A stretch of DNA of 58,218 bases, filler included, from Sphacelaria rigidula (lineage: Eukaryota), in assembly GCA_964200075.2 (NCBI GenBank). It is 9 parts of 9 records of this genome, joined end to end, with 100 filler letters (N's around TTAATTAATTAA, not from the genome) between each part and the next. Parts side by side here need not be neighbours in the genome. Positions count along the whole stretch, not along the records: positions 6,482 to 12,861 come from CAXNAA020020434.1; positions 12,962 to 19,341 come from CAXNAA020020435.1; positions 19,442 to 25,821 come from CAXNAA020020436.1; 6 more parts are not named here. One strand, written 5' to 3'. Position numbers and translations under genes: made by a program. Positions 12,463 to 25,432 of this stretch are shown in pieces. The notes beneath the pieces are model-generated. The model worked only from the letters and a program-made list of their open reading frames with translations, did not search any database and was not told the DNA's origin. Each line of letters starts with the position of its first letter. The first letter of the stretch is position 1.

Positions 12463-12861
12463 CCATCGTTGCTATCAGCCTGGTCCGGCGAGAACCCGTC
12501 GTGCTCCGTCCCAGCTTCGTAGGGGCGGACCCCCGATGGGGTTGCCGTCGGTTGGCGATGGCGCTATAAAACACGCCACTCACTGCGTAAGCTAGACAAC
12601 CAGCTTACCCTTTTTGCGCGCGCGCTTGCGTTTTTTTTGCGATAACCATGATGGTAGTCCAGCTAGATCATGTTGTGCGGCATGGGAGAACTCAAATCCG
12701 CACAATGGGGATGATCGTACTACGTAGTGTTTAAATGGTGAGACACCCATAAGACAGTGTATAAGACGTGGCTGTTTCTGGAAGTGGCGATGCCAGACAA
12801 TAAAGCAACTCATTGGAGGCTGTCATCCAAATGCAAGATGATCAGAAGGACTACCATCATG
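12463..12861 (+). mobile_element. C-run-targeting non-autonomous retroposon (Penelope-like architecture): upstream tail-less terminal repeat X plus body, cut by the contig end
   Basis: Follows CCCCCCTTCCCC. X (GCCTGGTCCGGCGAGAACCCGTCGTGCTCCGTCCC...) matches 50814-50868. The body aligns with 50401-50715. Confidence 0.7.
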
Positions 12862-13418
12862 NNNNNNNNNNNNNNNNNNNNNNNNNNNNNNNNNNNNNNN
12901 NNNNNTTAATTAATTAANNNNNNNNNNNNNNNNNNNNNNNNNNNNNNNNNNNNNNNNNNNNCCACCATCACGGCGTTGTACAGATTCTACAAGTTTCCAC
13001 TTGTCAGCAGCCTCAAATATCGTCTTCATCACTAAAGTAGGGTTTCGTTTCCAACCCTCCTCGTACATCAAGAGAGTCTTGACATGATTCCAAAATGGTG
13101 CCAAGCCATTGCGTTTATCATGTAGGATGCTCGATGATGGTTATATGATAGGGTACACTGTGGATGATGACCCTCACCGTGTAGCATTTGATGTGGAGCC
13201 GGTGGGCTTCTGTTGTTTACTTCGTGATTGGATGCTCTGAGAGAAGTTCTTATCGAGCGTGAGGCCAGTGGATTCTGGACAAGTCCCTCACCGAATAGCC
13301 CTCTTGCCCAGATCGTCTGGCAGAGGCTATAGTCTTGCTCTTTTGTATCTTCTGCAATAGAGAAATGCGACTTCAACCTCATTTTTTGTTTCAACCCCAA
13401 AAATTAGGATCGGCTGTT

Positions 13419-13810
13419 AGTTCATTTTTCTCAACTTCATCCACCCAATTCAAACGACTCTCGAGACCCGAGGGAAGGTGGCCGCCTCGGGTCCGCCTAA
13501 ACACGCAAAGAAACCGTCGACCAGCAATACCAAACGTTTCTGGGATTGGCACCAGGCAGTCCGTGGAGAACGGAACAGAAATCGACAAGTTACCGTTCGT
13601 TTTAGGAAACAACGCGCATGAAACGCTTCGCAGGTTGGAAAACACGCATTTTCGTGTAGAAGAAACTCTCCGTACCTCAATTAGAGTTGTATGCGGTTGT
13701 AAAAACTCTACTGTCCTATACTAATACCTGGCGGGGGGACAGGGAAGCCGTCCTCCCTCAGGTCTTGAGAGTCGTTTCAATTGGGTGGATGAAGTTGAGA
13801 AAAATCAACT
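13419..13810. mobile_element. MITE, 392 bp, ~57-bp TIRs
   Basis: AGTTCATTTTTCTCAACTTCATCCACCCAATTCAAACGACTCTCGAGACC is mirrored at 13755-13810. GTT lies on both flanks. Confidence 0.8.
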
Positions 13811-13832
13811 GTTGAGCTTTCATACGATAGCT

Positions 13833-16752
13833 GTTGCGAAAGTCGGTGCATGTTGTTACGGTGACCTCCTCTGAGCACAAGGGAGTAAGTACGGTAGAGC
13901 AGTGAAAGCTAGCTATGATCGGGTATGCCTGCCGTACTACCGACAGCGTTGCGTGAAAGCCTCAAGACCTTTGCTGTCGGCAGTTGATGGCGTGGGTCTC
14001 AAATGCAACGACAAGTGGTTGATCGTGGAGCACTCTCGTCTCAGCTTGTAATGCATGACTTCCCCACATCGGAATTTATCCTGGAAAGCTACTCGTACAG
14101 TACCGAGGTGTTCACGCGACCAGCGTGTGCTCCAGATTGCAGCATGGACGGACTCCTATGCGCCACGCTAGCAACAGTTAGGTTACCACCATAGGTATAT
14201 TTATTTCACTCCGCATGTCAAGAAGGTCTCTACAAGTCTTTGATATCTGTTCCGGATGTATCGGTTATGGTCCAGTCGAGTAGATTCCATGTGTCATACT
14301 CTTGCGTTTTTTAGCCCGACAAGTCATGGGCCATCCTGAGTCGGATTGATTTTCGAGAGTGCCCCCTACTCGGACACAGTCTTTTGAAAACTCATCTCAA
14401 CGCACACGTAGCAGCTATCAGCCGGTTGCCAATAATACAAGAAGCATCAACACTATCTCGGACTGCTATCTCAGAGGAGTCTTTGGCCTTCACAAATGTA
14501 AGCCCGCATTGCACGCATTATATGGGTCTTGTCTCCGGTGAACCATGGGCATGGCGCCTGGTCATTGGTGTGTGGGTTGACTCCCACCTAGCAAATCGAA
14601 CTCAATGGCTTCGATACTAATGATTGTGTTCGAGCAGCTAGCCTGGTGCCCACTGAACTGGCACAATTCCCAACTAAAGTATCGAGCCATGACATATCTC
14701 ATGCACCCCCCTCAACTGGCGTATGGCACGCTCTTCTGGTCGGGCTCCCAGAGGGTCAAGTGTGGGGTAAAATCAACGATGAATGGCACCCCCGAGTTGA
14801 AGTTGGATATATTTGTTATTGCCGAAGCACCGTCCGTGCTGGCATGTGTGTGACAAACAACAGTAGCGGTCACATCATCGCCGTGTTCTGCAGCGCACAG
14901 AGGCGCGTCCTGTCCAAAAAGAGAGGCAGAGAGAAATCGATCTTTGCATCGGTGTTGAGCTCCAAAGACAATACGCGACGAAATCCCTCCGCGCCTCGAC
15001 GTTCTTCGAGGTGCTGTGCAGCAATAATTTGACATACTGGTAACATGCATGATGCCAGTCTCTCGAGCGATCGGTAATCCCTGGGCAAGGACACACAAAC
15101 GACACGGGCGAAGAGCTTCCTCTCTGCCGTTGCTTCTCTCTCTGGTGATATCGTCATCGACACGCGTGTACACCGCATCCTTTCGGTGCATCTAGCCACA
15201 GCTTCCTAACTACTGCGGACATTTGGGGGGAAATACGGCTTCGCTCGGTGGTAAGTGTTTCGCGTCACCCCTGCGAAACAGAAATGCCACTTGAACGTCA
15301 CTTTTGAGATGGACCCCATTTTCTAGGATCCACTGTTATAGACCGCCATGTCTGTGCAGCAGTCGTCATCAACCCTGACCTCTGCTGTTCTCATGGGGTC
15401 AAGGGCCACCACGCTACTGGCAAGCGAAGGACAACGATGCAACACACTGAATACCCGCGAGCACCAGCGACAGCAGTAGTAGTGATGGAAGCCAAGCCAT
15501 CACAGGTGTTGTCGTGGGCTGTAAGGTGAGTTCAAACGCTTTTTCGATAACATTTTTCGATAGCACAACATTATCGGAAAATAACAGCGCATCCTGAAAA
15601 ATGGGGCCCATTTCAGAAATGAGGTTGAAGTGGCATTTCGTTTTTGCAGGGATGGCGCGAAACACTTACCACCGAGCGAAGTCATCTTGCCCCTCAAATG
15701 TCCGCAGCAGTTAAGCAGCTGTGACTAGGTGCACCCAACGAATGCGGTGTACACGCGTNNNNNNNNNTGGGAATCATCAGGTGTGGCTAAGTGCACCGAA
15801 CGACTACGGTGTACACGCGTGTCGATGACGATATCACCAGAGAGAGAACCAACGACAGAGAGGAAGCTCCTCGCCCGTGTCCTATGTGTGTCCTCGCTCG
15901 GGGATTACCGATCGCTCGAGAGACTGGCATCATCGATGTTTCCGGCATGTGTCCAATTTCCCATGTGCCAGAACATCGAGGTGCGGACGAATTTCTGTCT
16001 CTTCTTGCCTGTCGAGCTCACCGATGAGAAGATCGACTTCTCTCTGCCTCTCTTTTTGGGCAAGACGCGCCCCTGTGCGCTGAAAAACACGTTCAAAAAA
16101 CAGAGCAATGTTCCCGTCACCGCTACTACTGTTCTGTGTCACACACATGCCAGCAAGGGGGGTGGTGCGGCGAAAACAACAGGTATATCCAATTTCAACT
16201 TGCGGGTGTTATTCATCGTTGATTTTACCCGACATGTATGTGAGCGACCCTCTGGGCGCCCAACGACAAGAGCGTGCGAGACGCCAGTTGCGCGTGCGGG
16301 GGGAGGGGGGGGGGGGTATGAGACACCAAACACTTGTAGAGACCTTCTTGATATACGGAGTGAAACAAAATACCTAAGGTAGTGATTTAACCGTTGCGAG
16401 GGTGGTGCAGAGGGGTTCGTCCATGCTGCAATCTGGTGCACGCGCCGGCTGCATGAACACCTCTGTACAGTAGCTTTCAAGAATTAATTCCGATGTGACG
16501 AGGTCACGCATTACAACCTCGGGCGAGATATGAACCCACGAAGGGACAAGGGTGCTCTGTAATTAACCACTTGTCGTTGCATTTGACACCCACGCCATCA
16601 ACTACCGACCGCAAGGGTCTTGTGGCGTTCAAGCAACGCTGGCGGCAGTACGGCAGGCAAACCCGATCACAGCTAGCTTTCGTCGCTCTACTGGACTGGC
16701 TGGCGTCTGCATAGAGGTCCCCAGGCGTAGCAACATGTACCAAATTTCGCAA
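13833..16752. repeat. Long diverged inverted repeat (arms ~13833-15339 and ~15581-16752); possible internally deleted long-TIR transposon
   Basis: Colinear reverse-complement matches along the arms, e.g. CAAATGCAACGACAAGTGGTT, CCAGATTGCAGCATGGACG, GCTGGCATGTGTGTGACA and CTAACTACTGCGGACATTTG. Confidence 0.85.
14248..14694. mobile_element. Solo LTR (447 bp) inserted in the left arm of the long inverted repeat
   Basis: TGT...ACA termini with a 4-bp TSD TATC (14244-14247, 14695-14698). Absent from the matching position of the right arm. Confidence 0.75.
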
Positions 16753-18902
16753 CCTCTCGAAAAATAAAACAGTTCAGTTTTGCCAACTACATAAACATGA
16801 TTAAAAAGACTCTTGTGGTCTGAGGGAAAGTGGCTGCTCTGGGTCCGTCCACACGTGCGACGATACTGTAAAACAGCAATACCAGACTTTCCTGACATGG
16901 GAATACTTCAATCAGTACAAAACGGAACATAAATTGGCAATTTAACATTCTTACTAGAAAGCAGCGGGCATTGAACGGTTTGTAGCTTGGAAAAGGCGGA
17001 ATTTCATGGAGGAGAACCTACATGTTCCGCGACTGTTACATGCGATTTCAAGAACACTGTCGTCCTTCTTTATACCTTGCAGGAGGACCTGCGTAGCTGT
17101 AAGCACATGCCAGCGTTACAGATGAAGAGCAAGCATAGAATGAGGAACACAATGAGAAATTGGTCAAGTCGAAGCGAATGATCAAACTCATACTCAATCA
17201 ACGCTCTACTCTCAATCTCACGAAAACATTGTTCACGGAGGGTTGAATAGAGAGAAAGAGTGCCGCTCCGGTCCCACTTGGATACTTGTGCCTGTACTCA
17301 CTGCGTGTGACAATCAGCGTCGCAAGTCCTCTCTAATTATAAAGCTGTTGACGAGTTTAATGCCATCTCGCAGCGTTCTCAGTGCATTCTTGACTTCTGT
17401 GCGTGTCAACGTTGTCATCCGTAATTCTACCGCGTCATACATGAAAGAACTCGAACACGTTGCCACGCCACGAAATCGGACGTATCCGGTACACAACGCA
17501 GTAGTACAAAAGCGTCATCGCCAAAACTGCTCCAGTCGGACAGCGGCGGAGGCGTGCAGAACCAGGTTGGTCCGCACTTCATAGCGATATGCTTACATCG
17601 GGTTGATTCGAGAAACTAAAATAGTTGTTGCGTGTCCAGGGGTTCTACGTTTCACGACTGGCCCAGCTTGTACCGAAGACCAACGCTGTCTATTCCGACA
17701 CGGGTACAAAAAATAACGCCCCCCCACACACACACATCCAAACAACTTATTTGTAAAGTAACACGTTACCAGAAACACGCACGGGTAACCAAATGATACC
17801 GGGGACGATGAAGCACCATACCCACGCTCCAACACATGCACGGAAACTAACTCCGCCGACAGGCACCAACATAATTGAACGACGAGGTTCCGCCGACCTC
17901 ACTGGTCAGTCAAAAACATCAAGAATTCCAACATCCTCACATCAAGCGATCGCGTAGACTATCATTGTGCACAGACACGCTTTGTACGACGACACAACGC
18001 CCCACCAACCAACGCTGCATCAAACTTGAGTCAATGCATCGAAAATGACACTAGCATGGCCTATACATTTAGTATACCGTGGTCATGATAATTTCTACAA
18101 CCATGGATGGCATTACATGTACAATTCAAGGTCACCTCACGACATCAACTGATGTACCTGACACGCCCATCCCAACTATAAAATGATTTGTAGTGCACAA
18201 CCAGTTCTTGGTTTCAAGGGCCCCGGTCTGACCTCGTACTGCACTATTTATAGCTATACTGAAAAGCCGCTCCTGAGGAGTCGCTCTCCAGAACTTTACA
18301 GCAATGTACTATAATTGGCTAATGTACATGTACCCCCCTTCCTGTTACTTGTTATGACTGGGTAAAAGGATCGCCAAGACTCGTCAAATGCATTACCTCC
18401 CACACTACGTGGATTCACCCGCTCACAGCAAATAGTAACGTAGCACTCTTAAGCCACACCTGAAGATCCCGGTCTTGTGCATAGCAAATTGGCGTTCTTT
18501 GTTTACACAGGTAAGTCCACGCATGCACCAGCCAATCCAAAGCTAGTGAGGATCACACCCTAGACAATGGATCCTATTGTGAAAAATGTACTGCGTACAG
18601 TATGACATCTATTGTCTGTTGCAATGGGGGCAATAGTCGATACTGTACGCAAGACACTTCTTGACTGTGTATTCGATGATCCAGGGTGTGCTGAAGACAG
18701 CCAAAATCAGGTCTTGCACGCTCTCCCAAGTGATGACGTTTTAGATCTTGAGCTTCGGACTCAAGATCCGCGGAGAAGCGCAATGGACCCCCAACGAAAC
18801 TACCTGCGCTCGAACGGCCTGCTCGACTGACGAGCGGGAACATTTCTTATCGGATATCCCTACCGTGACTAACAACACTGCCCTAGAAAGCGCAGTCAGA
18901 TT

Positions 18903-18933
<31 letters not shown>

Positions 18934-21900
18934 CGTAAGAACTCAATCCTGTGACGTTCACCCCGCGTTGTTATTTGGACCTACGGGACACATTGCTTTC
19001 TGGTGGGGTGTGTTGGTACCACAAGCGATTGCTTGTCCTTCGCGAATGCCGCCGCAATGTTTCTAGTTCGCCTTGTTTCTATGGAGTGTTCTCTCATGCA
19101 ATACAACCACCGCCCTCTTGAGCACCCTGTCGTCCTCGCACCCGTCCGGTCTGTTTACGACTCATGCCTACGATCGGATGCAACCCACGGGTCAACAAGA
19201 AGGGCATGATTTCGTGATCCTTTCTTCGTGCGGCGTGATCTTGTGGTAACCTATGGATGCCTCTAGCTCGACGTCGAACATTTCGTTCATCATTTCTAAC
19301 GCGTCGAGCTGTACTCCCATTTCGCAGTCGGGCATGCAATGNNNNNNNNNNNNNNNNNNNNNNNNNNNNNNNNNNNNNNNNNNNNTTAATTAATTAANNN
19401 NNNNNNNNNNNNNNNNNNNNNNNNNNNNNNNNNNNNNNNNNCATTGACCACGCATCCCTTTCGAGACGGAGCACCGAACGGGGGGGGGGGGGAATCATGT
19501 ATTGGCCTTCCTCTTGTGTGATCCCGGCTGGTGCCCCCATATATACCGAAAGGTTAGGGTTAACCAGCGTCCACAATAGATGGGATGACAACACACACAC
19601 AACTGCGGGAGTATTCCTGTGTTTAACTTGGGTCAGAAGAATCTCGTCGACAAAGGTGGACACACAATGACCATGTCCGATTCAATGGCTGGCTATACCC
19701 TTTTTACGCCCGCGACCGATTATTCCGAAAATCCGGCATGACAGCCCTGCCAGGTTTCAGAGGATGACGTAGATGGTCACCAGTAGGCCGTATGGTGGCC
19801 GAAACAAATATCTTGGGAGTTTTGTATTACCCGCCCGATCAAGTCGCGGCAACCAATGTGACATGGTTGAGCAGGCAGGACCGATTTTGGGTATTTTCTT
19901 ACTTCCGTATCCAAAATGCGAAAGTCGACCAAGGTTTCCTCCTGTAGACCCACAAGCTCCCGCCTGGGCAGCAGGGGTTTCTCGGGCAGAAAAATTTCAC
20001 CGCTGTGGCTCCGTCTCTTGTGTGTAGTAGTGTCAGCTTGTGTTCGTCCAGCTCAGGTCGTGTGGTGGAAAAAAAACGATCGGAAGTCGAAATCGAAAAA
20101 ATGACAGCTATAATAAATTGGCTCGCTTTGCAAAACCGCAACCAAAACTCCTTCCGCTATCCCGGAAACTCGGCAAAAACCTACATATGCCCGATATCCC
20201 AAAGTTGAACACTTTTTTCGGAAACGCGGCGGGAAAAGCTTGAATGGCCGTCGGTGCACGTTTAAGAACGTTCCGAGATGAAACCGAGATACAAATCTGT
20301 GCTTAAGGTCTCGGTGCATGCAGCATCGCGCGCGTACGGGCACCCGCGATAAAAAGCACGCAAATTCAGTGATAGCCTGACTCTGCTACAATGCAATACA
20401 AGGTGCTTCGATCACGTGCTTCCGGTTCCTCATCGTGAGGGTATCAATGATCACGATATGTGCACAACAGAGTGATCCCGTGATGGCCCCTCCAAGAAAC
20501 GTGGGCGGTTTGAGCGGGCACAACCTCCTTGCAAACCAAAATGACAAAAATCGAGCGCACCGAGTAGTTGGAAGCTCTCATGCTTGGCATCGTTTTCGCC
20601 CATGTCGCCCATATTAGCGGCTTCGTAAAGTCTGAAACCAGCCATCAGGCACCGTATGGTCATTTCCTTTGTAACAGTTTTGGGGCTGGTTTGAGGGGGA
20701 GCGCTATCGCGGTATCACTCAACAGTTGTGTAAGCTTTCCCGCAGTTTGTACACCGTTCGTGCCCTACGCCTTTGCCAAAATAATCGTCACAACCTGATT
20801 TCTCGATATATCGAGGCCCAAATTCGTATACCGTACGTAGAATGTAGTTCGTCCGTCAACCACCTTTATGACGGTTGTGCAACTCTCTTGATCGCGATTC
20901 AAGTTCCCTTGGGTATACTGTAGTCGTCAGCTGTTGGTCGTTGTCGGCCAAAATTTCGCCCTCCTCTGTAGCATATTCGCTGCCGATGCCAGAACTCATC
21001 GCGGTGTCGAAGGCTAGAATCAAATTCGATCTCGATTTCGATTTCGAAGTCTTGACTTATAAAGGCGTGCCCTGCATTGTCTGGGGACGGGGGAGGGGAG
21101 GGGGTATGGCCCGCTATAAACTTCAGGCACAAATTCAAAACACGCACACCACACACCACCGAGATACGCCCTGACGCGCCGCTTACACCCCGCAGTATAC
21201 GCCATGGCGTCCAGCTGTTCAGCAATCGGTGTGTGTGTGTGTGTGTTGAACTCATCAATGTACCACTGATGACGAAATCACGGCTACTACACAAAAAATT
21301 CGACCTGATGGTCGACGAGGGAACGGGACTGCTGAACCCCTCTCGCGATAACAAATGAAGGCCAGCACCGCAGAAGGAAGACGGAGAACTAAAACAAATG
21401 AAAAATAAAAAGCTTCTGTGTTGACCTTCTTCCTGTGTGACCCCGGCTGGTGCGCCCACTTATACCGGAAGGTGTAGACCGACGTCCAGCATAAAAGGGA
21501 TGACAACACACACACAGTTCTGCTCGAAATCCCCTTGCCCTGAGAATTGCTGGCTACGACTTGTTCATCATTGTCGATGACTCGCAGCATATGCGTGGCA
21601 CAGCATATGCGTGGCAATATAGGAAGCACGTTGTTGAGGTTCTTGGACTTCCGTAATTCGCCCCCCCTGGACAACATGTATGAGGATCTTTTCCCACGAT
21701 CACCGGCTTGCTAGCTGTATGATCCTCACTGAGAGACTCCCTCTCTCTAACGCTATAGACGTGTGTGTTCCACATTACACGTACGAAGCTCAATACGACA
21801 ATTAGAGCACCGACAGAACGTCCGCGGCAGCCAGTCTTCCGCGGTGCGATCGTGTTCCCATCAACAAGTTGGATTGTCTCGGTCTGTTCACTACACCCTG

Positions 21901-22881
21901 GACAGAAGATTCCATATCAGAACTTGTATAGCGTAGAGTATCGACTATTGCGTCTATTGCATTAGACATTAGATTCCGTACTGTGTGCAGTACATTTTTT
22001 TACAATGGAATCTATTGTTCAGGGTGTGCTGTTCACAGAGTCCAGGCGCATAAAGAGGTGTGTCATATGCAGAGTACGTTCTTGACTTTCCTGCGATTCC
22101 GCAACTCTGACCCCTTAAGGCAGCATCCACAATGATCATTCCTCATTACCAACGGCGGGCCAGCTGTCTGGTCCCCAACGAGAGACTCTTTCCACGACTA
22201 TCAATCTGCGTATGCTCTTCGCTTCACCCATAAACCTCAGTCTGTGTAAAACTCTGGAATGGAGCGCTTTTGTCGTGGTGCACGAGCTTTTCAATCCATT
22301 CACTTGAGCAGTGGTTCTCTTGCTTCGACTCATTTCCACTCTAAAACCAAGTAGTGAAATGATTTGGCTAATGTAAAGCGCACAGAGTGATTGAACCATC
22401 GTGTCGAATAGAAGCAAGCACCCACTGATGTGCGTTTTCCCCGGCATTCCGTCTTCGTGGCCCTAATGCGCGCTTGCTTGTACGCATCGTACGTACGTCA
22501 CCCAAGGACGATAATAAACCAGCCCCCGATATCCTCTAAAATCAATACCCCGTACTGCCATAAGATATTCATTCACCAAAAAAGAAATTCCGACGAGATC
22601 TCTCCAACGATGCTTTCCGGCAGCGTTGCTGCCGCATGCTACGAAAAACCGATGTTTGGGTTTTCTCATCACCGAAACACTCTCAATGATACCTTGCCAA
22701 CGACACAACCCGGAGGCGTCACCACTGCGTTCTAGAAAAAATGATGTCTGGGTTCCTTTATCACCGTGGCACCTACTGTGTTTTTTTGTCTGCCCAAATG
22801 GTCATGGGCATGACATTGGTCATCGCCCAGGCATGGATGTCCTCGGCCAGATACCTATGCCAAAATGGCTGCGTACAATTC

Positions 22882-23165
22882 CAAGGGTAGGTCGAGTAGA
22901 GTATGTACTTTTGAGTACTCTAGTATTTACTCTACTCGACGTTTGAGTACGTCGAGTACGACCTCAAATACTCTACTCAAATATTCAGTAAGCACTCTCA
23001 GCAATACTCGAGTACAGGGTATCACTTGAGTATGACCTCAATACTCCACTCAAATTTTGACTACGTTGAGTATGATCTCAAATGCTCTACTCAAACTTCG
23101 AGTACGTTGAGTATGACTCTTCAAAAATACTGAGTATTGAGTATACTCTACTCGACCTACCCTTG
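22882..23165. mobile_element. Non-autonomous hAT-superfamily MITE (284 bp)
   Basis: Perfect 23-bp TIR CAAGGGTAGGTCGAGTAGAGTAT and perfect 8-bp TSD TACAATTC (22874-22881, 23166-23173). The interior is packed with GAGTA/TACTC motifs. Confidence 0.92.
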
Positions 23166-23538
23166 TACAATTCATTTTTTCGTTCGATACCCTACCGTCG
23201 GCAACCCCCCATTTACAGGGTGAGGGTCATGTACGGTGCATGAGTTGTAAAGAGAACCAGGATTCAAAATATAGTCTGTCTCGTGGGGAAGGGCCTGGTG
23301 ATCAAGTCATGGTATGGTAGCCTTCGTGCGAGAAAAAGTGTGAGCATGTGTTTGTAAATGTGTAGAGAAATATCAAAACGCCGTGCACTAAACCACTGAA
23401 CTATTGGTCTATCTAATTTCATGAAAAAAAAAATTGTTTTGTTTTTGTTTTCCGTTTCCCCTTCCCCCCTCCATACCTTCTTTCACTCCGTCGCCTCCCC
23501 TCCCCCTGTTGCCCGCTCTTCATCTCGACGTCTGGAAG

Positions 23539-23746
23539 TTGTTCATCGATTCGTACAACAAGCGTAAGCCAGAGAATACACTGGATTCTGCAAAGTTCCA
23601 CCTGGAGGCTGGTGGCAAGGCACTGGCGCGCGCAGATACTATCGGCACCACCATTGACGAGAGAGCGGATGTGCACGTGAGGTCAGGCGCGACGGAGGAG
23701 AAGCGGGCGGAGGAGAAGGCGGCACTATCGAAGAGTGCTGCAGAGC
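23539..23746 (+). CDS. Internal exon of a CHORD-domain protein (N-terminal region): LFIDSYNKRKPENTLDSAKFHLEAGGKALARADTIGTTIDERADVHVRSGATEEKRAEEKAALSKSAAE
   Basis: Long polypyrimidine tract, first downstream AG at 23537-23538, gtgagt donor at 23747. The phase-1 end joins in frame to the exon at 25433. Confidence 0.75.
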
Positions 23747-25432
23747 GTGAGTAGTTGCAGAGGGATGGTGCTGGTGATGCTGGTAGTTGTGATATTTGTT
23801 GTTGTGATATTTGTTGTTGTTGTTGATGTTGTTGTTGCTGTTGCTGTTTGGCGCGTCCAGGGATGTTGCATGGTCTCTTTGCACAATGACGCAGGGGGCT
23901 ACGATTTGGCGACAAGAGAAGAAAAAATATACTTACTAACTAGTTGTCATATATATCCTCAAAAATATTACTTTCTTATCTTCCTTATCATAAAGGAACT
24001 GTTTTCGAGCTCTCGTGGCGTCAAGCATTCATGATACCACATGCATGGAAAACAGGCGTTGAAACATTTGCTACACAATGTCCTTGAAAAATCCCCCCGC
24101 CGTCCCCCCCCCCCAAAAAAAAAGAAGAAAGGAAACTGCAGCAAAGTGAGGAGCCATCTCAAAATGCCATCCTCCGTGGATGTCAGAGGTGCTTCTACTA
24201 GGATTATTTTTTTTCTTCTTGTTTATCGCCATACTTTGAAAAGCACCCCTCATCTTCCTCGAGACGAGTCCGTAGTCTCAAGGGGATCAACGCACCTCTC
24301 CCACGGCACCTGGGTTACACTTTCACTGTCGAGGATCGAGTCAGCACTCGCGCGTGCCATTGGCTCTCGTCGACGTGTCTTCGTTACTCGCGTCCCCACG
24401 CTCCCAAAGAAGAAAACCATAATTCTTCTCGAGTAGATGTTCATCTGTCGGGATTCCAACCCGCAACATCAGGGACCATTTTCATTGAGGTCACTAGGGG
24501 GCGGCGTCTTGTCTTTTCTCAATGTGTGGAGAGCACGTTTTTGAGGTTCCCGGAGTATGATGAGTCCGATTTCCCCAAACTACTTCCACCAAGGATTTTT
24601 TCCCCATTCACCGAGCGGCTTTGTGTCACTGATCCGGTCGCAAGGAAGGATGACTCCACACTAAGCAACCGGTGTGTGTACTCTACGCTACATTCATCTT
24701 CGACGCACGAGCATAATCCTCACGGTAGCCGGTCTTCAGCTGGAGCCAGTAGAGTTCGCCGGAGTTGAGCAACAATCTACACCTTGGTTGGTACTAATTG
24801 ATTTTTTTGAGTGTAAATGACGATAATCGGATCTTTAGTGGGTCTTGACAGTCCTGTGTGCTCAGAACGTGCTCAGAACGCGTTTAAGGCGCCGATTTGA
24901 GGTCTGCAAGCGCCTCAGTGTGCCTAGGGGACCCTATGCTGCACCTCCCTTCCCCGAGGGCTCTTGGTGTGCCTTGCGTTAGGTCTAGGGTTGGCGATAG
25001 TTGAAAAATGTATTAAGCATGGACAGAATTTGGCCCAACTCCGGTTAACCCACCTCATCAGAGCATACCGTGGTGTTCTCAAGTGAAATAGCTCAAAAAC
25101 CCATGTGCCAAGTTACAGAAGCACCCATGACGTGAATGGACCCCCTTTCTTCCCCCCTTTTGTTTTATCTCACCGCTGCAAGGTCTCTGATGTTCGTCTT
25201 AATTGCATAGTGCGCTGCTACTAACTTTTGTCTCGTACGCTGCCGTCGCATCGTGACATACCTCACCACGACTGACTGACTGAGTAGACTGCTGTTCACG
25301 CCTGTTGATGGTCCCCCTGAAACCTGCTCGTCGCCGCGTCCCCATGGCGTGCCTTGATGTGCGTGCGCGTGTGTACCTATGTTTGCGTTCGTTCGCTTTT
25401 TTTTTCTGCGGTGGGATTTTCTTGTTTCACAG

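Noticed and set aside
12480..12545. HDV-like ribozyme in repeat X (GGTCCG/CGGACC as P1)
   Set aside because: P3, P1.1 and the J4/2 catalytic C do not fall in the required order. A simple long hairpin fits better.
18612..18830. ORF faintly reminiscent of a CACTA/EnSpm transposase N-terminus
   Set aside because: The similarity is too weak, with no TIR or catalytic region.
22882..23165. Short repeats with spacer-like gaps resembling a CRISPR array
   Set aside because: The repeats are degenerate and occur in both orientations, there are no unique spacers or cas genes, and TIRs plus an 8-bp TSD explain it as a hAT MITE.
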